Origin: a virus
Reading direction: 5' to 3' (one strand)
DNA length: 64,000 nucleotides
Virus record (IMG/VR): IMGVR_UViG_3300025120_000017
Location: 64,001-128,000 of that record
Made by a program: the position numbers and the translations under genes. Below, piece by piece: positions 30,395-40,475 of this stretch (position 1 is its first letter; each line of letters begins with the position of its first letter). The notes beneath the pieces were generated by a model, which was given only the letters and a program-made list of their open reading frames with translations, was not told where the DNA came from and did not search any database.

Positions 30395-30447
30395 CTAATA
30401 AAATATTCTTAAAAATTACACATTAATAAGATATGATTAATATATTT

Positions 30448-30963
30448 TTATACAAATGATATAGTTTTCCATATAGTTGCATTATATAATTTAGCAACAT
30501 TAGCAGTAGTGTCATAAACCATTTCCCCTCCTACTAAACCTGCTATATTAATATCTCCAATTTCAGTAGTAGTTAATCTAGGTAATTTAAGTAAATCAAA
30601 CGTAGATACATCTAAACCACTAAAATTACCAGTAGATGTTTTAGCAAATAATTTCTCTGCTACTTTGTTTCCAGTTGATCCTAACACCATAAAAGATTCA
30701 TCTTTATTTAAAAGAATATCTCCATCATTTAGTGATAAATCACCAATAGTTACTCCTACGCCTAAAGATGCTACTGTAAGTCCTTCAGTTATGATTACAC
30801 CATTTGAACCAACTCCAGTGTTATCAAATTTTCCTGTAGTTGTATCTAAAATTCCTAACAGACCATTAATGCCACTAATTACTGTAGAAAAATTATCATT
30901 TATGGTAATCCTATCAGCTGCTATTGAGCTAGTACCTTGTAGTGTTGTTACGCTTATTGACAT
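30448..30963 (-). CDS. Small fibre/adaptor protein
   Basis: N-terminus LQGTSSIAADRITINDNF homologous to the two upstream tailspike N-termini; C-terminal LPRLTT...GEMVYDT...YNATIW fibre motif. Confidence 0.6.
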   Translation of the reverse strand: MSISVTTLQGTSSIAADRITINDNFSTVISGINGLLGILDTTTGKFDNTGVGSNGVIITEGLTVASLGVGVTIGDLSLNDGDILLNKDESFMVLGSTGNKVAEKLFAKTSTGNFSGLDVSTFDLLKLPRLTTTEIGDINIAGLVGGEMVYDTTANVAKLYNATIWKTISFV

Positions 30964-30996
30964 GTTTAATTATTATTTTGTTTTATATTTATTTCA

Positions 30997-32526
30997 TTAG
31001 ATTATTCTTATATCAGTAACTCCGCTTCTTATACCGGACGAATTACTAGAAATTGCCGTTCCGTAATTAAGTAAAGTTGTGGGTATTATAGCATTAGTTA
31101 CTATATTATCTATTTGTACATTCAAATCCGTAGAAGTAGAATCGTCTAATAGTATGTATCCATCAGTAACTCCTTGTGCTGAAACTTTGAACCTACTATT
31201 TATGATATGAAACATTGCATATCTTGTAGGTATTAAAATACTACTGGCTGCCAATGAATCGTGTTTATAGTCAATAGAACAATCTTGAAACATTATATCT
31301 ACATACGCTTTTTCATTACTAGATGATATATTGAATAACGGAAATCCATCTTCAACTGTAAGTTTACATTTATCTAATTTGAATCTTGTATAAGTTTCAC
31401 TATTGTTATTAGTAAATCTAAACAAAGCTCTTTGTGTTGCTTGGTCTCCGGTCTTTATAACTATTTCATCAATATTAATATCAACATAGTTAAAAGCGTG
31501 TGTGCCCGTAGCATCGTGATATTCTTGAATATTCATTATATTAAAGTAAGAAACTTGAGCGGCTCCGCTATTAACCCATTCTAATCTTTTTGCAGTTACT
31601 TTAAACGTGTTGGTTCCAGTTATAGCATATACATTATCTGTAAACCAAGGAACTCTATCAACATTTATAAAATATTTATGCGTATCAGCAACACAGTACC
31701 CACAAGTAATTTTTCCTTTTACATTTAAGTCTATCAGTTGACTACCTTCTGCTTGGCAAAATATTGCGGCTACATTTACATTTCCTCCAACTTCAATAAC
31801 AGCACTTGATGCGTGTGCTCCTAAGAAATAGTGACCTCCCATAACATCTCCAGTTACAGACCCTTTTAGGAATCCTTGATAGGTTTCGGGAACAAGGTCG
31901 GATTGAACATAAAAGTGTGTTCCGATATCAGCTTTGTTACTTCCTGTTGGTTCTAATAAAGTTGTACTTTTTATATTAAATTCTACGGTTGACCCTTCGG
32001 TTATTAGTATAAATCCACTTCCGAAATCATTATTACTTCTACCTACAAATTCCCCTTCTCCTGTAATGTAAAATTTAATAGGATTAGCACCATTATTTGT
32101 TTTACCTACATCATGGAACATTATAGTATCCTTTGCTTGGCCGCCATTTCTAAAAGTAAAAAGAACTGGTTGGTCAGTCAAATGAGGATTTGTAATTCCT
32201 GTTCCGGGTAAAAAATGATAAGTAACTTCATCTTTACCTAAACCAATTTCATTAGTCATCATCGTGGTAATCAAAATAGTATCTCCAAAAGTTGCTCCCA
32301 GTTCTGCCCCAGCAATTGTTTTATATTTTTTAATTAAACTTCCTTTTATTGCAGTGGAATTATCACCATTTGTAGCATCTACTACTAATATTTGATTTGA
32401 AATTATTACACTATTAATGTTTTTTAAACTATTAACATCTTCATGTAAATGTTTAAAGTTTTTATTTATGCTCTCTCTATCGGCTAATATCGACCCAGTC
32501 CCTTTAAGTACTATTATTTTACCCAT
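30997..32526 (-). CDS. Tailspike-like beta-helix protein, paralogue 2
   Basis: VDATNGDNS...KTIAGA...GDTI beta-helix cap motif; N-terminal 33 aa identical to 32553..34214. Confidence 0.6.
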   Translation of the reverse strand: MGKIIVLKGTGSILADRESINKNFKHLHEDVNSLKNINSVIISNQILVVDATNGDNSTAIKGSLIKKYKTIAGAELGATFGDTILITTMMTNEIGLGKDEVTYHFLPGTGITNPHLTDQPVLFTFRNGGQAKDTIMFHDVGKTNNGANPIKFYITGEGEFVGRSNNDFGSGFILITEGSTVEFNIKSTTLLEPTGSNKADIGTHFYVQSDLVPETYQGFLKGSVTGDVMGGHYFLGAHASSAVIEVGGNVNVAAIFCQAEGSQLIDLNVKGKITCGYCVADTHKYFINVDRVPWFTDNVYAITGTNTFKVTAKRLEWVNSGAAQVSYFNIMNIQEYHDATGTHAFNYVDINIDEIVIKTGDQATQRALFRFTNNNSETYTRFKLDKCKLTVEDGFPLFNISSSNEKAYVDIMFQDCSIDYKHDSLAASSILIPTRYAMFHIINSRFKVSAQGVTDGYILLDDSTSTDLNVQIDNIVTNAIIPTTLLNYGTAISSNSSGIRSGVTDIRII

Positions 32527-32540
32527 AACTTTTTTATATT
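32429..32540. repeat. 112-nt perfect direct repeat, copy A (leader plus first 33 codons of tailspike)
   Basis: Identical to 34117..34228. Confidence 0.95.
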
Positions 32541-32552
32541 CTTAATTTTGTT

Positions 32553-34214
32553 TTATAATAGACTTTCGTATTTTGAATATTCGGTTAATATTGTAGAATC
32601 TAACAGTTTCATCTTTGGTATCCCAGTTGCATAAGAGTTTCCTGTAAAACTATCTACAAATGTATTAATTTTTACCGTTCCGTTTGATATAAACTCACCA
32701 ACAATATAAGCATTATCTTCTGTATTGTCATCTGTTCCAAATACAACTTGACCAGCAGTAATTGCCAATGGATTTATGATAACCTTAGTTGTTCCATTAA
32801 AGGTAAAGTTAGAAAATTTAGTATCTATGACTGAACCTCCATACCTATTAGAACCTCTTTTCCAATCGTAGAAACTTGTTTGAGCTGCAGGGTCAGTATA
32901 AACAATAGTTGTATTATTATAATTTATAATTGCCTTTGATTTATGAATTGAGGTATTTGTCTTTCTTGAATAATCTAATCTTGCCCCAACACCCAATAAT
33001 ACTAAATCAACATTCATATCAAGTACCAAAGAAATCGGTGCATATGCTGTGTCTGTACTAACAGATGATACTGATTGGTGCCCACCATTACCTGGCGCAA
33101 CCGTTGTATCGTTGTGTATTTTCAAAATTCCTACATTAAATTGTACATAATGATTACAATCTTTATATGCTAAAATAATACCATTTTCATCTAATGACAT
33201 ATTTGGTCGAGGGTCATAAAATTCATATAAAGGGGTGTTTATAATATATGTAGATTTAGCAGTTGCCGAATTAGCACATTGTATATTAGCTCTTGCACCA
33301 CCTACATAATGACTACCGGTTGTTATTGATTTTTCTGCTGATAAAGTTGCAAAAGAATTATCACAAGTTGATGATGAACCACTGTTTGTAATTAATGTAA
33401 CACCATAACTTAAATCATTTGTTCTAATACTACCTTTTGTATGAATATTAATATTCGTATTGGCAGCACCAAGATTTACTACTACCCAAGCATTGACTAT
33501 ATCACCACTTGCTCTAACATCTATCGTACACCCATTACCACCTAAATAAAATAACCAACCATCATCACCAATAATTTCGATATGTTCAGAATCGAGCATT
33601 ACTACCTTAGATGCTGATGTTAATCTTACAATAGACCTTCTCCACACACCATACCAATATGAATCAATTGTAAATCTGCCACCTATTATAGTATAAGAAA
33701 TATCTGTTCCTGATTTATCTGTCCATAATGCATTCCAATTTTCTCCTGTTATGTTTGGGTCAGTTGACGGATATGACATTGTTGAATTATTTTCAAAAAT
33801 ATAAGTAATTCCATCTTTACCTCTATTTGCTTCTACAACATCTGTGATTATTTTAATAATATTTCCAACTACTGCCACATTTTCTGCACCTTCAATAGTT
33901 TTAAAAGGTTTATCATAACTCCCTTTTACTGCAGTTGCATTATCACCATTTATGGCATCAACAATTAATATGCCAGTATTTAGTTGCTGGTCAATAGGTA
34001 CACTATTTTTCAAACTCTCCAATGCATCAGTGACAGTAGTTCCAGGCACGGTTGACTCATTATCTACATTCCCAGAAGTCGTTTTAACATTTTTATTAGT
34101 AATTGTGCTTTCTATGCTATTAACATCTTCATGTAAATGTTTAAAGTTTTTATTTATGCTCTCTCTATCGGCTAATATCGACCCAGTCCCTTTAAGTACT
34201 ATTATTTTACCCAT
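32553..34214 (-). CDS. Tailspike-like beta-helix protein, paralogue 1
   Basis: VDAINGDNA...KPFKTIEGA...GNII motif; beta-rich body. Confidence 0.6.
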   Translation of the reverse strand: MGKIIVLKGTGSILADRESINKNFKHLHEDVNSIESTITNKNVKTTSGNVDNESTVPGTTVTDALESLKNSVPIDQQLNTGILIVDAINGDNATAVKGSYDKPFKTIEGAENVAVVGNIIKIITDVVEANRGKDGITYIFENNSTMSYPSTDPNITGENWNALWTDKSGTDISYTIIGGRFTIDSYWYGVWRRSIVRLTSASKVVMLDSEHIEIIGDDGWLFYLGGNGCTIDVRASGDIVNAWVVVNLGAANTNINIHTKGSIRTNDLSYGVTLITNSGSSSTCDNSFATLSAEKSITTGSHYVGGARANIQCANSATAKSTYIINTPLYEFYDPRPNMSLDENGIILAYKDCNHYVQFNVGILKIHNDTTVAPGNGGHQSVSSVSTDTAYAPISLVLDMNVDLVLLGVGARLDYSRKTNTSIHKSKAIINYNNTTIVYTDPAAQTSFYDWKRGSNRYGGSVIDTKFSNFTFNGTTKVIINPLAITAGQVVFGTDDNTEDNAYIVGEFISNGTVKINTFVDSFTGNSYATGIPKMKLLDSTILTEYSKYESLL

Positions 34215-34228
34215 AACTTTTTTATATT
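34117..34228. repeat. 112-nt perfect direct repeat, copy B
   Basis: Identical to 32429..32540. Confidence 0.95.
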
Positions 34229-34229
34229 T

Positions 34230-37200
34230 TTATTCATCATATTCAACCACTCTTATAAGACCATTTTTTTGTATAGTCTTAGAGTTTCCATTAGTATCAT
34301 CAAGAGTTAATTTTACTGAATACTCTCCATTATCATTAAATAGATAAGTCATATACTTATTAAGATATGTAATAATAGTTTTTCCAGTGGTTTCATTTAT
34401 TATTTCCCATCTGGGATTAGTGTATCCTGGCATCTTACTCATGTCATAATTAAAAAATACCTGAGAACTTCTCTTTACGTCTCTCTGGTAATATAAAACA
34501 TCTAATGTGCTCCATGTTGCATTAGTTGTTATGCTTCTACCATATCGTGTTCCTAGAATATCTTTATATAATATATTACAAACATCATTAGGTGCATAAT
34601 CTTTTTTATATGCAATAATCTTTAAGTCATATGTAGTTACTCCTGTTGTTCCTGATGCAACTTTAACAATATTAAATTCCCAGTCAGCTATGAAGGGTGA
34701 ATTAGCATCTAAGTCAGCTTTAAGAGTTGCTAAATTATTAACTCCAGGTGTTATAGGATAAACAACTCCATCTATACTTAACTTAGCATCGCCTAATGCA
34801 CTTACTGTCCCTATTTCAAATATACTAAATCCGCACGGCGCATCTCCCAGTGCACCATATCCATTTATAGGTGTATTAGATGGGCTAACTGTCATTCCTG
34901 TGCTTGTGCTAAATATGTATCTATTAGGCTTTTCATATTCTTTTGATATTGCTATTATGGTATCAACCTCAAATAGTGTAAGGTTTCGTATTTTAGTGTA
35001 ATCCCATAAAAAACTTGTTAATATAGGATATGTATTAGGATCTAATTTAGTAATTTCATTAACAAAATCTATAAATAGGTTAGATGATGCACCTGTTGCT
35101 GTAAAGGTAAATGTTTCTGTTCTGTTATTATTTTCATCTACTACTATTAATTGACCTCCTGATGTTAAATCAGTTATTTGAAATTTAGTAAACGTTGGGC
35201 TTAATTCATCCCAAAATAAATGACCCATTTGATCCCATGTAACGCTATCAGGTATGTTATTCCAAATATATGGATTCATATCTTCTAAGCTGTTTTGTTC
35301 AACAGATTGTTTAGCCAAGTTTTGATAAAATTCTACATTATCAATACTATGCCAAGGAACTTCAGCAGTATCCCAAGTTGTTGAGTTTTTTACAGGAAGA
35401 TCCCATGTAAATCCTGCACTATCCCATGTCATTTCTAAACTATCCCAAGTTGCCTCATATTTATCTGCTATTTTCCATGCAGTGAAGTCTGGGTTTTTTT
35501 GTTCTACTTCGATAGCATCTTTTTTAATTATTTGGCTATAGCTTCCATATAGGTCATATAGTTTTAAATCTATTGAATATTTTCCAGGATATGGCAAAAT
35601 AACAAAGTATTCATTATATTCATCTATAGTTCCTTTTACTGTACTAGAAAATGCTGGGCTATCATCTAATGGCTTATAAACTGTCCATTCAATTTCATAA
35701 AAATTAGATTGCCCTGCTTGATCCCAACTAACCCCGCTTGATTGGTCTTGTCCGCTATTCCATAATGTTGTAGGAAACCCAATATCAGTAGGAAGAGTAA
35801 AGTCTTTATATGCATTATAGTTATCTAATGAATCCCACGTAACTTGTGCTTCACTCCATGTTATATCAAATGAAGTATTCTTTAGATATACTGGGTACCC
35901 TACTGGAATACCTTCTTTATTGTCTAAATCAAATACTGACCAATCAGGCTCAAAGAAATATCCTAAATATGCTTCACCAAAATTATTAACAGGATTAGAC
36001 CCGTTAAAGAAATCTACATGCGCTAATGTAGGTGCAGTAGACGCATATCTACCTTGCTCAACATATGAAATTATATTACTTGTGGTTGAATCTTTTTCTA
36101 CAAATAATATTTTATTATTATTAAGATTCATATGATATCTTGTAAAAGGGTATTGATTAATTTCCACAAGTTCATTATATAGCCTTGTCATATTATCCTT
36201 ATCGCTGGATTTATATAGAGCTATTATTTCTACACCTATCCCAGTAATGGTATCATATATCTTAAGCTTATTATCATAGAATGAATTTGTAAGAGTAAAC
36301 TCTCTTACTTTAAGATTTGTTGTACCATCCAGTTTTAAATCATTACCTATCTTTGTACCTATCCAATATAAAGGACGCAGATCTTGTATGAAACCAAAGT
36401 TACTTGGAGTAATGTCACATGTAACATCTATATTTACATCAATTGCATCAATTCTGGTAATATCTCTCCAATAATTTATTTCTATTTTATTATAATATAA
36501 TGCTTCCCCTACAATATCAATTATCCTTGCATTAAAAGGCAGGAAAGATTTTTTTAATTTTTCTTTAAGAGCAAATAATTTAATAAGAATTTCCTGAAGA
36601 GTAAATTCTGAAGTTTCTTCAACTATTGGGATTCCATCTTCATCAAATCTGCCGCTTTCTTTAGTTATTTGATAATATAAACCAAACTTGTTAGTTTTTC
36701 TATATACTTTAGATGGAAATAGATCAGTTCCTGTTGATGTATCACCATACTTAAATACATCTTCAATATTTACCCCCTTAAAAAACCCATATTTTTCATT
36801 ATTAATATCAACATTTTTCCAATACTCTTTAATTGTTAGATTTTCATAACCGAAAAATTTAATAATATTAATTAATGCTTTATAGCTGCCTAAATAAGGA
36901 AATATATTATGGAATTCTAATAAAAGTTCCTTTCTCTTTTTATTTATGATGTTAAAATCTATTTCAGATTCTTTAACATCAGTTTTATCAAAAATAATAA
37001 AATCTTTATTATCTATAGAGCTTCCTAATGTATTAAGTAATAAAGGAAGTCTAGGATCTTCTGCAATAACATCAGCAAAAAAGAATATTTCAGCAAGCTG
37101 GGTAATTGTTCCATTTTCATTAATATTAATGATAAGTTTTCCAACATATGAATTTGCATTGCTTGCACTAAATCCTATATTTACTGTTGTAAAATCTTTT

Positions 37201-37634
37201 TTAATGCTATCAATATTATATGCAGTAGGTACTTCTGTATATACTTTAGAAGCTATTGTTGTATCAGTAAATGTTGCATCATATGTTAACGTAACATCTT
37301 GCTCAGTTACTTTATTAATATAATAAAAATTATCATCGCCCTTTGCAATGCCATAAAAAAAGAATTCAGATGAATCATCAGATAGTTTAAATTCTAATTT
37401 TGAGTTTGAAACTTGTGTAAGAGGTTTAACATATTGGAAACTACCATCTTCTTGATCCGATACTTTTTCTAATACTATAAGTTGTTCACTCTCTATAAGA
37501 TCTGCTGATATAGAAGTATTATCGGTTATAACATAATTACCTTTATAGATTTCATCGACTGAATCCCAATGGAAATTCATGTTATCTCCTTTTTTATTAA
37601 AAAATAAGAAATTTTGCTTATTTATATTAGCCAT
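34230..37634 (-). CDS. Baseplate wedge-associated protein (gp7/P2 gpI-like) with Trp repeats and PKD/Ig-like domains
   Basis: GSYKALINIIKFFGY; TWD repeats; PGKYSIDLKLYD and GEYSVKLTLDDTNG PKD-like strands; downstream of gp6-like gene. Confidence 0.5.
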   Translation of the reverse strand: MANINKQNFLFFNKKGDNMNFHWDSVDEIYKGNYVITDNTSISADLIESEQLIVLEKVSDQEDGSFQYVKPLTQVSNSKLEFKLSDDSSEFFFYGIAKGDDNFYYINKVTEQDVTLTYDATFTDTTIASKVYTEVPTAYNIDSIKKDFTTVNIGFSASNANSYVGKLIININENGTITQLAEIFFFADVIAEDPRLPLLLNTLGSSIDNKDFIIFDKTDVKESEIDFNIINKKRKELLLEFHNIFPYLGSYKALINIIKFFGYENLTIKEYWKNVDINNEKYGFFKGVNIEDVFKYGDTSTGTDLFPSKVYRKTNKFGLYYQITKESGRFDEDGIPIVEETSEFTLQEILIKLFALKEKLKKSFLPFNARIIDIVGEALYYNKIEINYWRDITRIDAIDVNIDVTCDITPSNFGFIQDLRPLYWIGTKIGNDLKLDGTTNLKVREFTLTNSFYDNKLKIYDTITGIGVEIIALYKSSDKDNMTRLYNELVEINQYPFTRYHMNLNNNKILFVEKDSTTSNIISYVEQGRYASTAPTLAHVDFFNGSNPVNNFGEAYLGYFFEPDWSVFDLDNKEGIPVGYPVYLKNTSFDITWSEAQVTWDSLDNYNAYKDFTLPTDIGFPTTLWNSGQDQSSGVSWDQAGQSNFYEIEWTVYKPLDDSPAFSSTVKGTIDEYNEYFVILPYPGKYSIDLKLYDLYGSYSQIIKKDAIEVEQKNPDFTAWKIADKYEATWDSLEMTWDSAGFTWDLPVKNSTTWDTAEVPWHSIDNVEFYQNLAKQSVEQNSLEDMNPYIWNNIPDSVTWDQMGHLFWDELSPTFTKFQITDLTSGGQLIVVDENNNRTETFTFTATGASSNLFIDFVNEITKLDPNTYPILTSFLWDYTKIRNLTLFEVDTIIAISKEYEKPNRYIFSTSTGMTVSPSNTPINGYGALGDAPCGFSIFEIGTVSALGDAKLSIDGVVYPITPGVNNLATLKADLDANSPFIADWEFNIVKVASGTTGVTTYDLKIIAYKKDYAPNDVCNILYKDILGTRYGRSITTNATWSTLDVLYYQRDVKRSSQVFFNYDMSKMPGYTNPRWEIINETTGKTIITYLNKYMTYLFNDNGEYSVKLTLDDTNGNSKTIQKNGLIRVVEYDE

Positions 37635-37638
37635 CTAC

Positions 37639-37851
37639 TTATTTGTTTTCTTTTGTATAATTATATAAATTTTCCAAGGTTTTAATAGAATTATATGAAT
37701 GCATATAGTATCTTTCTAATCTATCTAAAAAACCTGTCATCATACCATTACCATATCGAACATAAGGCGACATAGTTTTTTCAAAAACGTCAAGATCCTC
37801 TTTAGGAACTCCGTTTATTGCTTGCTTTATTTGAGATTTTTGAGTTATCAT
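37639..37851 (-). CDS. Small hypothetical baseplate-operon protein
   Basis: TAATG coupling to the gp6-like gene. Confidence 0.55.
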   Translation of the reverse strand: MITQKSQIKQAINGVPKEDLDVFEKTMSPYVRYGNGMMTGFLDRLERYYMHSYNSIKTLENLYNYTKENK

Positions 37852-39671
37852 TATGCTTTATATTTTTTAAATCTTGGCACGCTTTCTTTAAAAACAACAT
37901 TAACTGCTGATAGGTTTACAGGGTCAATACCATCTTTATATTCAATATTATTTCTATCATTAAATCCACCTCTTAATATAGGAAGTTCTTTATTTCCTAT
38001 AACAATATCTCCAAAGTCATCAATACCTATTTTTGGGTCAGTTCCAGTTGATAAGATAATCTTTTCAGTTTTAGTAACATCAGTTGATGTATTAATATCT
38101 AATGAATTTTGTGTATTGTTTCTCAATTGGTCTAATAAAATATCAGACGTTTGTTTATTATTATAAGAAACTTCTTTAAAGTAATAACCATTTCGTATTG
38201 CTTCTTCATTATCCCCAGATATAAATGTAATGCTTACACTATCAATTCCATCAATAGATTCAATGGTCTTAATTAAATCCGATTTAGGTATTTTATCTCT
38301 CCGCTCAAGATTAATAAAATATTCTCCTGCTTTATTAATGATTTCCTCTTCAATAGTTTCTTCTGATGTAATATCATCAAAAACTCGTAAATAAACATTC
38401 ATTGCATATTTTTTTACAATTGGGTCTATAATTTTCATTTCTGCTGAAATAAGTTGAGATCCGCTTTTATTGATTGCATTATACACAGCTTCTTTTGTCT
38501 GTGCATCAATATAGAAATTTTCTATGCTTGTACTAAAGTAATCTGAATTGCTTGATACCTTCTTTGTAATGTCTGGCATTAAGAAAACATATACAACATT
38601 ATCATCATCTAAATAATCATCACCATAAGTGTTAAATGCATAAATAAAAGAAAATTGATTATAACGTCTTAAAAAATGTATGTAATTATCAGGATTTGCA
38701 AGAACTAAAGATCTGCTGTTTTTATTCAGTAAGTATTTTGTTAAATCAGTGCTTTCACCATCAGATCCTAGAGTAATTTTTTTAGTTACTGTAATATCAA
38801 AAATTTCATTAAGATCCACTACTTGCCCAGTTCCTAAGGTAACTTCATCATCAAATTCAAAAACTATTTCATTTTGATTTATTCCTAGGTTTCCTGCAGT
38901 TCCTGCTGTTTTAACATAATTAACTTTAATAAGTTGGCCTACATCAGGAATAGTACCATAATCTTCATTACCAAAATAAATATCGACTTGGCCATTTATA
39001 CCAGTTTTTATAATAACGCCTTTATCATTCTTATTCATATCATAAATAGATTCAAAGTTCTTATACTCTTCGTCATTTACAAATATTTTTACATTATCAT
39101 TTTCAATTATTTCAGTTCTATTGTCAATAGTAAATGACTGTAGTGGAGTTCCATCTCCTTGAAAACTTTCATCTGCTAATTCACCTTGAATTATATTAAA
39201 GTAAACAAACTCTTGACTAGTTTTAGGGATTAATATATTATCAGATGGTAATTTTATTAAGTATGCTAAGCTATTGTTTTGGCACATTAGCTTTGTAAAA
39301 TTATTTATTTTAATATTAGTGCTATTTATTAAGTTAGATGCACCTGGTTTTATCTTAAGACTTAATTCACCTGTTGCACTAGTTCCTCTAGATGGATTAT
39401 GGCCAGTCAATCGAGCAAGCCCTCTTATACTCTTTTGTTTAAATGCAGTTTCTGTATTTCTTTCATTAAGAGCATCTTCTAAATAAAAATATTGTAATTT
39501 ATTAAGTTCTTCTATTACATGAAGTATTTGGCCGTAAGGACTGGTCTCAGAAAAATTCTGATCTCTTTTAGCGTACTCTTTAATTAGATAATTTTCTACT
39601 TGAGTCTTTAATGCCTGATCTTGAATTAACAATTTATCAAGCACCAATTTTATTTTATTTTTATCAGTCAT
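37851..39671 (-). CDS. Baseplate wedge subunit (T4 gp6-like)
   Basis: TAFKQKSIRGLARLTGHNP, IYFGNEDYGTIP, YVKTAGTAGN, GSDGES. Confidence 0.85.
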   Translation of the reverse strand: MTDKNKIKLVLDKLLIQDQALKTQVENYLIKEYAKRDQNFSETSPYGQILHVIEELNKLQYFYLEDALNERNTETAFKQKSIRGLARLTGHNPSRGTSATGELSLKIKPGASNLINSTNIKINNFTKLMCQNNSLAYLIKLPSDNILIPKTSQEFVYFNIIQGELADESFQGDGTPLQSFTIDNRTEIIENDNVKIFVNDEEYKNFESIYDMNKNDKGVIIKTGINGQVDIYFGNEDYGTIPDVGQLIKVNYVKTAGTAGNLGINQNEIVFEFDDEVTLGTGQVVDLNEIFDITVTKKITLGSDGESTDLTKYLLNKNSRSLVLANPDNYIHFLRRYNQFSFIYAFNTYGDDYLDDDNVVYVFLMPDITKKVSSNSDYFSTSIENFYIDAQTKEAVYNAINKSGSQLISAEMKIIDPIVKKYAMNVYLRVFDDITSEETIEEEIINKAGEYFINLERRDKIPKSDLIKTIESIDGIDSVSITFISGDNEEAIRNGYYFKEVSYNNKQTSDILLDQLRNNTQNSLDINTSTDVTKTEKIILSTGTDPKIGIDDFGDIVIGNKELPILRGGFNDRNNIEYKDGIDPVNLSAVNVVFKESVPRFKKYKA

Positions 39672-39685
39672 TAATAATACTTTTT

Positions 39686-40051
39686 TTAATTAAGAACAAT
39701 TCTTACTAAATTATCATCCTCAACCGTGACATCAACCACAGCAGCTTCTTCATTTTCTATTTGATAAAAAGTAACAGAAACTTTCCAAGAAAAGTCACTA
39801 GCATATGATGAATACTCTTGAATTTGTTGGTTTATTCTAGATTTCATGTCACTTTCATTAGTACCTAACGTATGTAAATACATATCTAATGATGCGCCAA
39901 ACTTAGGACTACCAATAACAGCAGTCATAGGGCTTGTTAAGATTATTTCTATTTCTTGTAGAAATATTTCTAAGATATCATTTACTTCTATAGTGTTTGG
40001 GCTATAGTTCTTTGAATATGACTTTCTTAAGTAAATATCTGTTGCTCCCAC
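39686..40051 (-). CDS. Baseplate gp25-like protein
   Basis: ILTS...PKFGASL..YL motif; 121 aa; GTG start; precedes gp6-like gene. Confidence 0.75.
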   Translation of the reverse strand: MGATDIYLRKSYSKNYSPNTIEVNDILEIFLQEIEIILTSPMTAVIGSPKFGASLDMYLHTLGTNESDMKSRINQQIQEYSSYASDFSWKVSVTFYQIENEEAAVVDVTVEDDNLVRIVLN

Positions 40052-40062
40052 GGCTTACTTTA

Positions 40063-40076
40063 TTTTTATATTTAAT
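40063..40076 (-). promoter_or_regulatory. Candidate late promoter ATTAAATATAAAAA
   Basis: Exact copy of the 14-mer. Confidence 0.65.
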
Positions 40077-40094
40077 AACCGAGGTAATGGTAAA

Positions 40095-40475
40095 TCATGT
40101 AGTGTATGCAGAGATATATGGAATATCTTCTCTATAATGTGTTGATAATCTAGAATAACCATCAAGAACTTCATCATTAAAAATTACAATAGGATTATCC
40201 AATTCATCATCATGTGGAATTTCATCCCACTCTTCAGAATCTTCTCCATATCTATCTTCACCGCTTTTTATATATTCCTTAACATCTTTATCTTTTCTAA
40301 TTACATCTTTAACTTTAACTTTTTTTAATGTAAATGTCTTATTAGATTTAAGAATTTTTTCTATAAAAAAGTCAGGAACATCGCTACTATCTGGTGTGAT
40401 GTAAGTAATGTAATCAGCAATTTCTTGCGCTGATTTACTTTTAGCCTCATTTAAAAATTTCTTATAACTTTTCAT
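40095..40475 (-). CDS. ParB/Srx-like domain protein with capsid-targeting-like leader
   Basis: MKSYKKFLNE|AK; NPIVIFNDEVLDGYSRL matches the ParB-N PIxV...DGxxR pattern. Confidence 0.6.
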   Translation of the reverse strand: MKSYKKFLNEAKSKSAQEIADYITYITPDSSDVPDFFIEKILKSNKTFTLKKVKVKDVIRKDKDVKEYIKSGEDRYGEDSEEWDEIPHDDELDNPIVIFNDEVLDGYSRLSTHYREDIPYISAYTT

